Below are positions 11,338 through 21,242 of a stretch of DNA of 64,000 nucleotides, in pieces. Made by a program: the position numbers and the translations under genes. The stretch is taken from positions 1 through 64,000 of IMG/VR virus record IMGVR_UViG_3300044854_000085, one strand, 5' to 3'. How positions within the stretch are numbered: the first letter of the stretch is position 1; the number at the start of each line of letters is the position of its first letter. Origin of the DNA: a virus (taxonomy: Duplodnaviria; Caudoviricetes). Below the pieces are notes generated by a model. That model did not search any database. It had not been told where the DNA came from and saw only the letters and a program-made list of their open reading frames with translations.

Positions 11338-11366
11338 AATGTAGCGTAAAGCTACACTCATGTCAA
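11338..11366 (-). promoter_or_regulatory. Sigma70-type promoter for DUF932/XRE with overlapping inverted repeat
   Basis: TTGACA-17 bp-TACATT on minus strand; TGTAGC-N5-GCTACA (11340-11356) overlaps the spacer and -10. Confidence 0.72.
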
Positions 11367-11897
11367 CAAGAAAAATCCGTGCCAACCGCCGTGTCGTCAC
11401 GGTTGCGAAAGAGCATCGGGAATGGGACGAGAGTCTAAAACAAAAACGATCGGCTCTGAATGGGTAGCAAAGGTTGCCTGAAACAAACCTGTCATGCTGG
11501 CTAAATAGCTGTTGTCTCCGGGACCTGAGGAGTGGATACTGGCCTTTCCCCTTCACCTTCCCTGAAGTCTCAAGAGGGGGCCTGCCACACCTGCCTGTCA
11601 CACCAGATGCCACAGGCGCCACACTGTGGGCCTTTGTGCTTGGTTTATCAACACTTTAGGATGGAGTCTCAAGGATAAGATATCCTTGTGCGTCTCTCAG
11701 CCGGGCCGCCCCTCCTTATATATAAGGTAGCGGGCACGTGATCCGGATCTGACAGATCGCGACTCAGATGCCCGGCCGCCGATCGCCAGGCGGCGCCGCC
11801 GCGCCCCTCCACACCGTTCCACGCCTCACGCGCGCGCGAGAAAATTTGATCGCCTCCTGGAGCATAAGGACTTACGACGAAACTCTGGGCGGTGAAG

Positions 11898-12116
11898 TCA
11901 GCCTCGTTGCGCTGGATGGCGACGACGCCACTCGTCCCGGGCCTCACGAAGCTGAATGACATAACTCTCCCGCGGAGGCCGGCCGTGCGTCGCTTGCGGC
12001 GAACACATATAGCGCGCCGCCTCACCAAATTGGATCAATTCGGAATCCGACATTCTGCGCAGGCGGATTCGGAGTTGATCCACGTCGATCGGTTTATCAC
12101 TCGCGAAGTCATACAC
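11898..12116 (-). CDS. Small hypothetical protein downstream of the ligase
   Basis: 72-aa ORF starting 4 bp after the ligase stop, plausible helical composition. Confidence 0.65.
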   Translation of the reverse strand: MYDFASDKPIDVDQLRIRLRRMSDSELIQFGEAARYMCSPQATHGRPPRESYVIQLREARDEWRRRHPAQRG

Positions 12117-12119
12117 GGG

Positions 12120-12725
12120 TCACCGCCTCGCGTCGAATAATTCGCGGCGGCCTTCAGCCTGGCTGTATGCCGGATTCTTCACCTTGATCCATCGCGCCGA
12201 CTTCGTATCCGCATACGGCGCTGTCTTCAGCTTTGCGACAATTCCCTCCAGGTCGCGGGCGCAGATCATCTGAAACAATCGCACACCGCAATCCTCAGCA
12301 TGATCCACGTAACGGATCCATGACGGTTCGGGCTGAATGATTCGCCTCAGCCTTCGCTTCCGTTCCAGCAACGGAAGCGCGCGCAGATCCCGGCCGTTGA
12401 GCCAGAGAATATCGAACGCACAGAAGTGCGGATCCTGCCGGCGAAACATCAGGCTGTAGAACCGCGGCTTACCATCGGCCGACAAACAGACGAGTTCCCC
12501 ATCAATGACGGCATTCTTGCAGCGTACCGATTCTGCGATCGAGGCACAGAGCGGACCGAATCCCTTGAAGGCGTGATTGTTGCGGGAGATCAGGCGACAG
12601 ACGCCGTTCTCGATATAGGCCAGTGCGCGGAACCCATCGTACTTGATTTCGAAAATCCAATCGGGATGATCGAACGGTTCGGAGCGGCGGCCCAAGCGCA
12701 TCGGCGAAACCACAGGCAGACTCAC
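12120..12725 (-). CDS. ATP-dependent DNA ligase adenylation domain (LigD/LigC-like), no OB domain
   Basis: Motif I EIKYDGFR, III DGELV, IIIa AFDIL, IV EGIVAK and V WIKVK; the ORF ends about 16 aa after motif V. GTG start inferred. Confidence 0.88.
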   Translation of the reverse strand: MSLPVVSPMRLGRRSEPFDHPDWIFEIKYDGFRALAYIENGVCRLISRNNHAFKGFGPLCASIAESVRCKNAVIDGELVCLSADGKPRFYSLMFRRQDPHFCAFDILWLNGRDLRALPLLERKRRLRRIIQPEPSWIRYVDHAEDCGVRLFQMICARDLEGIVAKLKTAPYADTKSARWIKVKNPAYSQAEGRRELFDARR

Positions 12726-12922
12726 GATTGTAGAATGCCATTCTTTTTCTATTCGAACCAGGGAGAGATTCGTCCTCCCCCAAAAGGAAACTTTCCGTCG
12801 GTTGTGTTCCGATGAAATCCGCCTATATACTTCATAGCCCGGTGGGGTAGGCTGGCCGGCCGAGTCCTGAGCTCCCGTCTCGGGATCCCACCCGCACTTC
12901 AAACAACGCGCGGGAGGCGTTC

Positions 12923-13291
12923 ATGTCTTCAGAAGAAATCGCTGTTCGCTGTTCACAATGCAACGATACCGGTTGGATGACCGTTTCGGCCGACGGCCGG
13001 AGTGGGGTCATTCGCTGTGAGTGTTTCAAGCGTGAGCGGGTCCCCCGGCTATTGGAACTTGCGCACGTTCCACCGCACTACACCAACGCCACCTTGGAAA
13101 CCTTTGACGTGCCGCCGCAGAACCCAACTTTGAATTATGCAAAATTGGTTGCAGAAACGTTTGTTCGGGAGTACCCCACAGCGGTCGGCCGCGGAATACT
13201 GTTCATGGGTAAGCCGGGCTTAGGCAAAACCCATCTCGCATGCGCGATGATCAACGCTCACACTCATAACGAAACGACAGAAGCGAGGTAA
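12923..13291 (+). pseudogene. DnaC/IstB-like helicase loader, truncated after Walker A
   Basis: CxxC..CxC zinc site, PPHYTNATLETF and GILFMGKPGLGKTHLACA, then a stop; no Walker B or rest of the AAA+ domain. Confidence 0.75.
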
Positions 13292-13409
13292 ACGAAAAGA
13301 GAAATTGGTCCTAAAACGGCGAAAGCCGTGAGTTCATCACGGCTTCCAAAATCTATTAATCCCGCTTGTCATAACCGGTGCTGGCACACTGGCGACTCGC
13401 TTACCCGAA

Positions 13410-14243
13410 GTGTATCACAGGGGGAGGCGAATCATGGCTAGGGTGCAGTTCGACATCATTGGCGAACCGGAAAAAATATCCGTCGGGACATTCTTTGGTT
13501 CGTTTTCAATTGCATTAACGCTGCTTCGCGAATTCGATCAAGCCATTTCCGGGAAGTATCATGGCAGCTTGCTATGGTACATCTCTCGTCTTCACGGCAA
13601 TGGTTCTTTATCACTTCAGTTCCGATCTGATCCAAAGCGGAAAAAGAAGGAGCCGATCGCCGAAATCCGCGACTTTGGGCCTCAGGTAACGAACGCCTTC
13701 GTGACTGGCTTTGAGAATATCGAGAAGAAGGGCATCAGCCCTCCATATCTCTCCGAATTCGGTATGGCGCGTATTGATTCGCTGCTCCGATTTATTAAAG
13801 AAGATCGGGCAAAGGAATTTGAAGTAAGTGACCTTACGCGCTCGGTTCGCGTCTCCAATAAATCTTCTGAGAACCTCGGGCAGCTTCTGCCTGTAACAAG
13901 GGAGTCTATTGGCAGCATTGAGGGCAAACTTGAAGCCATTTCAATTCATAAAAGACCGAGGGTGATGGTTTATCACTCCATAACACGAAAGGCCGTCACA
14001 TGCAGATTTGAAGAATCCGAGTTTTTAGACGCGATGAAGTCTGCCTTAGGTCATCGCGTTGTAGTTTCGGGCAATGTCCATTCCAACATAAAAGGTGAAC
14101 CGATCAGAGTAGAGATGGAAGCATTGCGCGTTCTCGGACCGGAAAGCGCACTCCCCGATATTGAGGAACTGGGCGGCTCCGACCCAATGTTCACGGGTGA
14201 GATGACGACAGATGAATTCATACGGAGCATACGCGGTGGCTGA
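13410..14243 (+). CDS. Hypothetical 277-aa protein, putative partner/antitoxin of the PIN toxin
   Basis: Long clean ORF in an AT-richer segment; overlaps the PIN start; beta-rich C-terminal region (SIEGKLEAISIHKRPRVMVYHSITRKAVTCRF). Confidence 0.75.
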   Translation: MYHRGRRIMARVQFDIIGEPEKISVGTFFGSFSIALTLLREFDQAISGKYHGSLLWYISRLHGNGSLSLQFRSDPKRKKKEPIAEIRDFGPQVTNAFVTGFENIEKKGISPPYLSEFGMARIDSLLRFIKEDRAKEFEVSDLTRSVRVSNKSSENLGQLLPVTRESIGSIEGKLEAISIHKRPRVMVYHSITRKAVTCRFEESEFLDAMKSALGHRVVVSGNVHSNIKGEPIRVEMEALRVLGPESALPDIEELGGSDPMFTGEMTTDEFIRSIRGG

Positions 14244-14748
14244 CCAGTATAGAAAGCCGTACTTGGAATCTTCAGTCTTTATAAGTTGGATTAAAGGTGA
14301 AGTCGTCAAAAGTATCGATCGAAAATCAATCGTTGAGCATGTCCTCAACTCAGCAAAGAATGGGTCATATTACATTTTTATTTCACCTGTGGTCCTCGCT
14401 GAAGTTCATAAGCGGCGTGGATCGCCGTCCCTAACAGACGAGGAAAACGGCCGTATTCTGAAATTCTTCGAGCATGAATGGATCAAGATGATCGATATAA
14501 ATCGTGATGATGGCGAGAAAGCCAATTTGCTGTGCCGTCAATATTCACTTACACCAAACGATGCGTTGCATCTCGCCTGTGCATTAAAGGGCGGATGTGA
14601 CGTCTTATTATCATGGGACGAACGGCTCATTTCAGTTGTCCATTCATCTATAAGAATTGAAGAACCGCAAATCATCACTACGGCCGCAGCAGGCTCGGGC
14701 GGTCAGTTCGTGCTTGGCGATATGCTGCCACGTGAGCGGACTGAATGA
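14236..14748 (+). CDS. PIN-domain ribonuclease (VapC-like toxin)
   Basis: YLESSVFI, ISPVVLAEV, LTPNDALHLACA and LLSWDERL supply the acidic PIN residues. Confidence 0.88.
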   Translation: MADQYRKPYLESSVFISWIKGEVVKSIDRKSIVEHVLNSAKNGSYYIFISPVVLAEVHKRRGSPSLTDEENGRILKFFEHEWIKMIDINRDDGEKANLLCRQYSLTPNDALHLACALKGGCDVLLSWDERLISVVHSSIRIEEPQIITTAAAGSGGQFVLGDMLPRERTE

Positions 14749-14754
14749 GATTCT

Positions 14755-14913
14755 ATGCCTAAATCAAAATCACAAGCCGAAGCGCATTTTCGCCGCTTTG
14801 AAGAAATGATGAAACAGATTCTCTCCGTGCCGAAAACGGAGATTGAGAAGCGCGATGCGGAGTGGAAGAAACAGCGGGCGAAGCTGAAAAAGAAGCGAGC
14901 GGTGAAACGCTAG
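14755..14913 (+). CDS. 52-aa basic helical peptide
   Basis: MPKSKSQAEAHFRRFEEMMKQILSVPKTEIEKRDAEWKK... translated by hand; follows PIN by 6 bp. Confidence 0.55.
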   Translation: MPKSKSQAEAHFRRFEEMMKQILSVPKTEIEKRDAEWKKQRAKLKKKRAVKR

Positions 14914-14922
14914 GCGGTTAAT

Positions 14923-17670
14923 GTGGGAAGCGAATCTGGATTAGCGGACAAGATTGTCGATTTGTGCAAGCGTGGCGTCCTGCCGAAACTATTTTGCGTA
15001 GCTGACATAAGAAAACATTTCGGCAACGATTACGCAGAGAACTACATCAGAACGGTTCTCGCGAACTATTCGGAGCGCACTGGCGACTACGTAAAGCGCG
15101 GCCAGAAGGCCAGGTTTAAACGGGTGGCGGGCGGAAATTATGCCTGCCTCTAAGCGAGCTTGTTTAGTCAAATTGCAGCACGGGTAGATTATGCCTAGGG
15201 AACCTGCACATATCAGCCATGACCCGGACTTCCACATCCCATTGTCTGACCTATGGGAGCATCGCTCTACTCCGAACACTCTATCTGTTGAGCAACTGAG
15301 GCACATGCTGGGATGTACCGATTGCCTCGCGCTCCTCGGTCTTTGTCAGATGTCAAAAACCGTTGAGCAGGTTGAAAAAATCGAACGAGAGAGAAAAGCC
15401 AAATAAAGGCCAAGGCAAAGCTTCAAATTAGGACATTACTCGGATTCCCTCGGATTCTCGGTTTCCCTCTACACTGGACTCATGACACATGAAGTAACCG
15501 AAGAAACCTGCGGCATCGATCACGGCGGATGGAGCTGCAAGCGATGCAAGCATTGCCGTCGGTGGGTGACACCGAAGCAGGAACAGGAACACGCGCAGTG
15601 TCCGCCTGGGAACTGAATCCTTTTTAACCACGTGCGCCGGTCTACACTGGATGCATGACACAAACCATTGAAGTGCAGTACTCATGTCCCGACTGCGCGC
15701 TCGTCGACGTCGGCGTGCACGTGCAGGCTCGGACCGATGAAGATGTCCGGGAGTGGATGGACCAGACGGTCCAGGCCGTCAACGCGGATCACGCGCAGCG
15801 ATCGCGGGCTTGTCGGCCACAAAGGATCGGCAATCTCAAGATCCCGATCGAGGGCGCCGACAGGGTTGGCGGACCGGTGGTTCATTGAAGCCGAAAATCC
15901 GCGTGATTCCATCGTCTGATTGTTCTACTAACAGTTTCCACCAGACCGAGATCGTCAGCTCGGCCCCCGAATTCGCCGAGGCCACAACCTGGGCGGAGCC
16001 GTGGCGAAGCACGATCATGATGAGGGCGCGGTCCTATCTGGCGGTGTGCAGTTGCGGCTGGCGTTTCATCGCTCGCGAGTCCGCATGGGAAGCGGAAAGA
16101 GACGCCGATGTCCACATGCTGTACGTCATGCTCGAGCCGGAGCCGGACCCGCCTCTTGACGAAGTGAACCTGGAGTGAGCATCAATTGTGCTTGTCGGGC
16201 TTTCTCGGACAGGCGACAATCGGTAGCGTGTTGCCATCCCCTCAGACAAATGGTGTGTGTCGATGATGACCTATCACGAACGGTTAAAGGCGGCTCTGTT
16301 GAAGCGCGCGGAAATGGAGCGCGAGCTGCGTCAGGCGGAAATCATGATGGACCTGGTGAAGCGCAAACTCCGGGAAGTGGATGTTTCCCTCGCCGAGATC
16401 CAACGCTTGCACATCACCCCGGTTCAGGCGAAAGCGTCATAGGACTAGCCTCCCATCGAGCATAGGTGGTCAGCCTTATAGGACCTTACTCCCCTAACGT
16501 GCTATAACCGTCAGCGTTTTCGTGCAGTTCACGAAGCGGCGAAAACGGTTTCCCACAGTAAATCCACTTTCGAAAGGTCTGAAATGTCCCAAATCTGTGT
16601 CGGCTGCCAACAGCCATCGCCTGTCGCGTCTTCAACACTGGATGCTCATGTTCACGACCGATGCCCGAAATGTTTAGTCCAGTTCTACGATCGACTGTTC
16701 GCAACCTTCCTGAAATCCTGTTCCGTGTGCGGTGAGCTGAAACAAATCGCATCCTCCAACGTTGTTCCCGAATTGAAGGACGTGTGCGCCGGATGCATGG
16801 CGCACGTCTACGATGACGCGTTTCGCACTGCGAATGCCGCCTGGATGCGGCGCTGTCTGCATTGCGAAGCGGTTCTGCCGATCGGCCACGGCAGCATCTA
16901 CTGCAACAAGAACTGCGCCAACGCGCGAAACTACAGAGAACGAACCAAATAACGATTCAGACGAACCATCTGAAGACCCCCTTTTAAAAGCGTGGTCAGT
17001 TAGGCACTATAGCCTCGCCTTTCGAATTTCACGGGATGGCGCGCCGCCAACTGATTGCCGGCGACTGAACGTAAGGGTCACGGATGATTCCATCTGACAG
17101 TTCTGCTCGCAACACTCAGCCGGCCGCAGCAAGCAAGCGCCAACGCGGCCCGGCATCTTCCTCCGAGACTTCCACCGAGAAAACACCCACGTTCCGCCAA
17201 GCGTGTTCGGAATACATCCGGAAACACGCCGAAGCCGCGGAGCTCGCCAAAAGACTCGAACTGCTTCGCGAAATCGCCATGGAAGGTCTGCGTCGGGGCC
17301 AGAAGTCGCCGGCCGATCTGCCGTTCCTTCTCGAGATCCAGGAATCGGAACGCACCATCAAGGACTACAAAACGCCGCTGCTGGAGGCGTTGGTGAATCT
17401 GCTCGGATCGGAAGAACAGGCCCAATCCCATATTGAAGAGATCGAATCGGAGTTTGAAACCAATCCCGTGGAGTCGTTGGTTGTGAAGCCGAACCGGCTT
17501 TACATCATCAAGAAACTATGACGGTCGGTTTGATTGTTCTGGGACTGTGTACGGTATTGGCGGGCCTAGTGATCGGCGCGGGCATGTGCTCGATCGGTGA
17601 CGGGATCCGCGAGCTGGCGAAGGTCGCCACACGCGAAGTCGTGCGGCGCGAGACCTACAAAGGCTTTTAA
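14923..17670 (+). CDS. Cluster of small hypothetical ORFs (14923-15153, 15191-15406, 15655-15888, 16257-16442, 16584-16952 multi-CxxC, 17084-17521, 17518-17670 single TM)
   Basis: ORF track plus manual translation; many CxxC motifs. Confidence 0.6.
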
Positions 17671-17775
17671 GCCGCGTCCTTTTGTTCCCTTTTCGGCCAC
17701 GGTGCTGGCCGAGACCCATCGTGGTGAAGCAATAGCTTCCTGACGGTCGAATTTCATCCAAGAGAGATAAGCAAG

Positions 17776-17946
17776 ATGCTCATCAGTAATCGAAAGCGCG
17801 GCGAATCGATCACGATCGCCAACAAAGTCGAAGTCACGATACTTCACATCGGTACTACTCGCGTTCGCCTGGGAATCAAAGCCCCGAAAGACATTCCGGT
17901 CCGTGCTTCTGTCGGCCCGTCCCTTAACTTCCGACCGAAGCAGTGA
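17776..17946 (+). CDS. csrA: CsrA/RsmA family carbon storage regulator homologue
   Basis: Manual translation MLISNRKRGESITIANKVEVTILHIGTTRVRLGIKAPKDIPVR... matches the CsrA pattern MLILTRRxGE...VRIGIxAPK; 56 aa, absent from the ORF track. Confidence 0.88.
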   Translation: MLISNRKRGESITIANKVEVTILHIGTTRVRLGIKAPKDIPVRASVGPSLNFRPKQ

Positions 17947-19340
17947 GGACGATCGTCCGCATCGCCAACCCCGTTCCCGGCGGCAAACGCTACACCAGCC
18001 TGGATCGCGCAAAACACTACGTGAAGATGCGCCGGGCGGTGATGACGGACGAGGGTGAGTTGTTTTTCTACACGTCTGCGCAACTTTTGATCCGACGCGA
18101 AGAAGAGAACCTGCGTGAGGCGATCAAGCGATACCGCGGCGGCGTCATCCTCTGGAACGGATCCAGCAAACCGAATCATCACGGGCCGGTGTTGCACGGG
18201 CCCGGCGAAGTGCGGAGTTAGTCGAGTGCCAACCGCCGCGGAACTCAAAGCAGCCGGCCTTGTCGAGCGCCTGTGGAAGCAAAGGCCATCGGCCTGGGAT
18301 TGGGATCACTGCAACGCCTGCCGGTATCCATTCAAGAAACGACTGGACGGAAAGATCGACATGGACGACTTCCGCGGTCACAAAGAATCGTGCCCGAAGG
18401 CACATAAGCAAGGACGCTGATGGACGGTTACCCGTATCCACTGGAAGATCTAATCGACAAGCTGCCGAATAAGACGTTGTTCGAATGCGCGAAGGACTTC
18501 GTTGAAAACCCTTCATCCGGATCGATCAATACGCAACTGGCGCTCGCGTCCGAGCTCCGGAGGCGGCGGTTCTTCATCAGCGAAGACGCCGTGCTACATG
18601 CCGCGGCCAGTCAGATCCGAGGGCATTTTTAACGGTGATGCGACTGTCCGATCTCGCTGCGACTGCCGAAGCACTGATCGCCGCGCACCGCGAAACGCTG
18701 TCATTCCTACATTACGACGGGTTGTTCTTTGTACGCCGGCCGATGCTGAGTGTCGAGACGAAACAACAGTTATCCGAAATCGCCGAAGCGATGGTCACCG
18801 GCTACAGTGACCTTGCGCCGGAGCTCTCTTTCCGCGACGGGCTCTGGTGTTTGAAGTTCTACCGGCCGATACGCGCGGAATGGCGCGGTTCAATCGCATG
18901 CGTACTGCGCCAAGCGGAACAATTCGCTTCCATCCAGGCAAGAGCGTGATCGCGAACACGATGATCCATTACGAGGACAACCGCGACGCGGCCGAAATGC
19001 AGCGTGTGCGGGAAGCGGAAGTCGAAGCCCTGCGGCGCGAGTGCCGGCGCTTGCGCCAGCTTCTCGAGATCCAGGAATCGGAACGCACCATTCTCGTGCG
19101 CCAAATGGCCAATCAAGCCGATACGGCCGCGCTGCCCCGCCCCGCCCAATGAGCATGGCCGACGGTTCGATCAGCGTCACCTGGCTCTGCGGATCGGGCA
19201 TGCATTGCACGAACACAACAACCCCGGGCACACACCCCGGCGACGATCTGACAGAAGTCGCGCTGTGCGTGCACATGAAACACGAGCGCAAGGCGGTGAA
19301 TGACTCGAATGGAACGCAAGCAGACGAACCGAAAGCGTAA
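17943..19340 (+). CDS. Coupled small hypothetical ORFs (17943-18221, 18420-18632, 18635-18949, 18946-19152, 19149-19340)
   Basis: Start/stop overlaps on the same strand as neighbours. Confidence 0.6.
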
Positions 19341-19602
19341 CGAATTCGGTCTGACGCCCCGGCATATGGACGTCGTGAAGATGCTGCCGTACGGCTGGTC
19401 ACAGCGCGATATGGCGCGCGACTTGGGCGTGTCGGTCCATACGATCAAGCATCATTTGACGGAAATCTACGACATCACCGGGACCGAGAGCCATCGCCAT
19501 CTGTTGGTTTGGGCGATTCAGCACGGCGTGGTCTCTGTTGAAGTTCCCGGATGCTGTGCGGTAGCCGGCTCCAGCAGGTACGCTGGAGAATCCGGCGACT
19601 GA
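19300..19602 (+). CDS. LuxR/GerE-type HTH transcriptional regulator
   Basis: LTPRHMDVVKMLPYGWSQRDMARDLGVSVHTIKHHLTEIY is the GerE HTH pattern. Confidence 0.88.
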   Translation: MTRMERKQTNRKRNEFGLTPRHMDVVKMLPYGWSQRDMARDLGVSVHTIKHHLTEIYDITGTESHRHLLVWAIQHGVVSVEVPGCCAVAGSSRYAGESGD

Positions 19603-19692
19603 CACGGCAGATCCGAGAAATCGAAAAGCGGCTCGCCAGCGGCAGGCGACCAGCGACAACAAGCAAGCCGCAATGCCAACATTCACGGAGGA

Positions 19693-20106
19693 ATGATGAG
19701 GGAGCTAACCGATCACATTGTTGAAGGTGATTCGAGCAATCACCAACTGAATATTCTGGTAGCGGACGCGCCCGGCGCCGGCGGCGCAAGCCACCGCTAC
19801 GAAATCACGGGTTTCGATACGGAGAATAACCCATCGCGCGCCGACCACAAGGGCTATTGCGCGATCTATTCTCGCGAGCTGGTTCTGTTTCAGAACGGCC
19901 CGATCAAAGAGAACGGCGTCAACGGCATCACCAACGAAGCACTTCTCGCAATCGTCATCGATCGGCTGCGCGGCTTCCAGGCCGGCCCGTTCTCCTGTCG
20001 CGATAACGCGATCGCGCTGACGCACTGCGACGAAGCGCTGATGTGGTTGCAACGCCGCACACGCGAACGCATCAAGCGCGGCGTCGAAGGAACCACCCAG
20101 AAATGA
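19693..20106 (+). CDS. tad1: Tad1-like anti-defence signal-sponge protein (anti-Thoeris/CBASS)
   Basis: PGAGGASHRYEI...FQNGPIKENGVNGITNEALLAIVIDRLRGFQAGPFSCRDNAIALTHCDEALMWLQRRTRERIKRGVEGT closely follows the Tad1 consensus as I recall it. Confidence 0.85.
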   Translation: MMRELTDHIVEGDSSNHQLNILVADAPGAGGASHRYEITGFDTENNPSRADHKGYCAIYSRELVLFQNGPIKENGVNGITNEALLAIVIDRLRGFQAGPFSCRDNAIALTHCDEALMWLQRRTRERIKRGVEGTTQK

Positions 20107-20375
20107 GCGCCGTCGAACAGTCCGCAATGAATCCGGTCGGTCTAACGAACAGGATTTTTGTCGACATTCCTACGGCCGCCGAACTCGCTGGCTTTTCGAT
20201 CCGGCACTTTCGCCGAATCATTGAAGAGGATCGGATTCCGATTGTGCAGATCGGCCGGAAGTTTTTCATCCTCGGCAGGGATCTAAATCTATGGGCCGAA
20301 TCGCCTGGCCGCTCTCCATGGGCGGACGCAAAGACAGAGCCCGTGCAGCTCGATGACGAGGACGACGAGTTATGA
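20103..20375 (+). CDS. HTH_17/MerR-like DNA-binding protein, candidate excisionase
   Basis: IFVDIPTAAELAGFSIRHFRRIIEEDRIPIVQIGRKFFI is an Xis-like wHTH pattern. Confidence 0.72.
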   Translation: MSAVEQSAMNPVGLTNRIFVDIPTAAELAGFSIRHFRRIIEEDRIPIVQIGRKFFILGRDLNLWAESPGRSPWADAKTEPVQLDDEDDEL

Positions 20376-21242
20376 CGCATTACATCGTTCTCGGTCTCTT
20401 GCTCGTTGCTGGCGTTCTGAATATCGCTTTCGTGGTTTTCGCAAGAAGCACGCGCCGCAATGCCGCGAAGATCGAGTTTTCCGGCTCTACCGCACATTGG
20501 GTGCGACCGCCGAAGGTGCAGCACGGTCCGCAGGAATGGCCGTGGTGGCGCTTGATGTCCTGGTGCTTCTGCCGCCTCCAAGTGGTGCGACCGTCGACCG
20601 GCTGGCGCTTGTGGATTTACACGCGGTGGGGCGCACTCTTTGGCGACGTCTACTTCATCCGAAAGAACCAATGAACGCCGGGCAAGACATGCTCGTGCTG
20701 ACGCGCGATCTCGGTCAAGTCGTCTTCACCGAGTACGACGCGGCGAACGATCAGTTCGTCATCGGCTTCGATGGCAGATTGTTTTCCGCGCATTCGTTCG
20801 AAATGGCCGTCGCCAAGGCGCGCAATTGGGCGGAACACAACAGCGGATCGAAGCCCATGAGACGGCCGTAAGAGAGAATGTGTGATCACGTCTGGGGCTA
20901 CGACTTCCTCGCCAACGTCTACCGCTGCGGTCGCTGCGGCGAGCCCCTGCCGGAAGAATTAGAACGAACTCGAATAATTATTCGATCGCACTCGAATAAT
21001 TCCGAATCGACCGATCGGACCTGAACAGGCCTAAATAGACCCCAAAGTGGGTCCATATGGTGCGGTTGACCGAAAGCCGCTGCATCAACTGTGGCGATCG
21101 GCACATCGAATCCCTGTCGCCGCAACTGGAGTTTCCGTTCACACGGATGTGCATCTGCGGATGTTCGCTGTTCGAACCTGAGCCGGACCCGCTTCTGAGG
21201 ACTGATGAGCTGCTACAAACGCGGGAAGTACTACTGGTATGA
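20372..21242 (+). CDS. Small hypothetical ORFs (20372-20674 with TM, 20671-20871, 21057-21242)
   Basis: ATGA overlaps; ORF track. Confidence 0.55.

Noticed and set aside
11714-11745. Eukaryotic TATA box plus E-box (TATATAAG, CACGTG)
   Set aside because: Short motifs expected by chance in a bacterial prophage; kept only as part of the compositional anomaly.
16135-21195. EPEPDP motif shared by two small Cys-containing ORFs (~16135 and ~21176)
   Set aside because: Short low-complexity match with different codons; insufficient evidence of homology.
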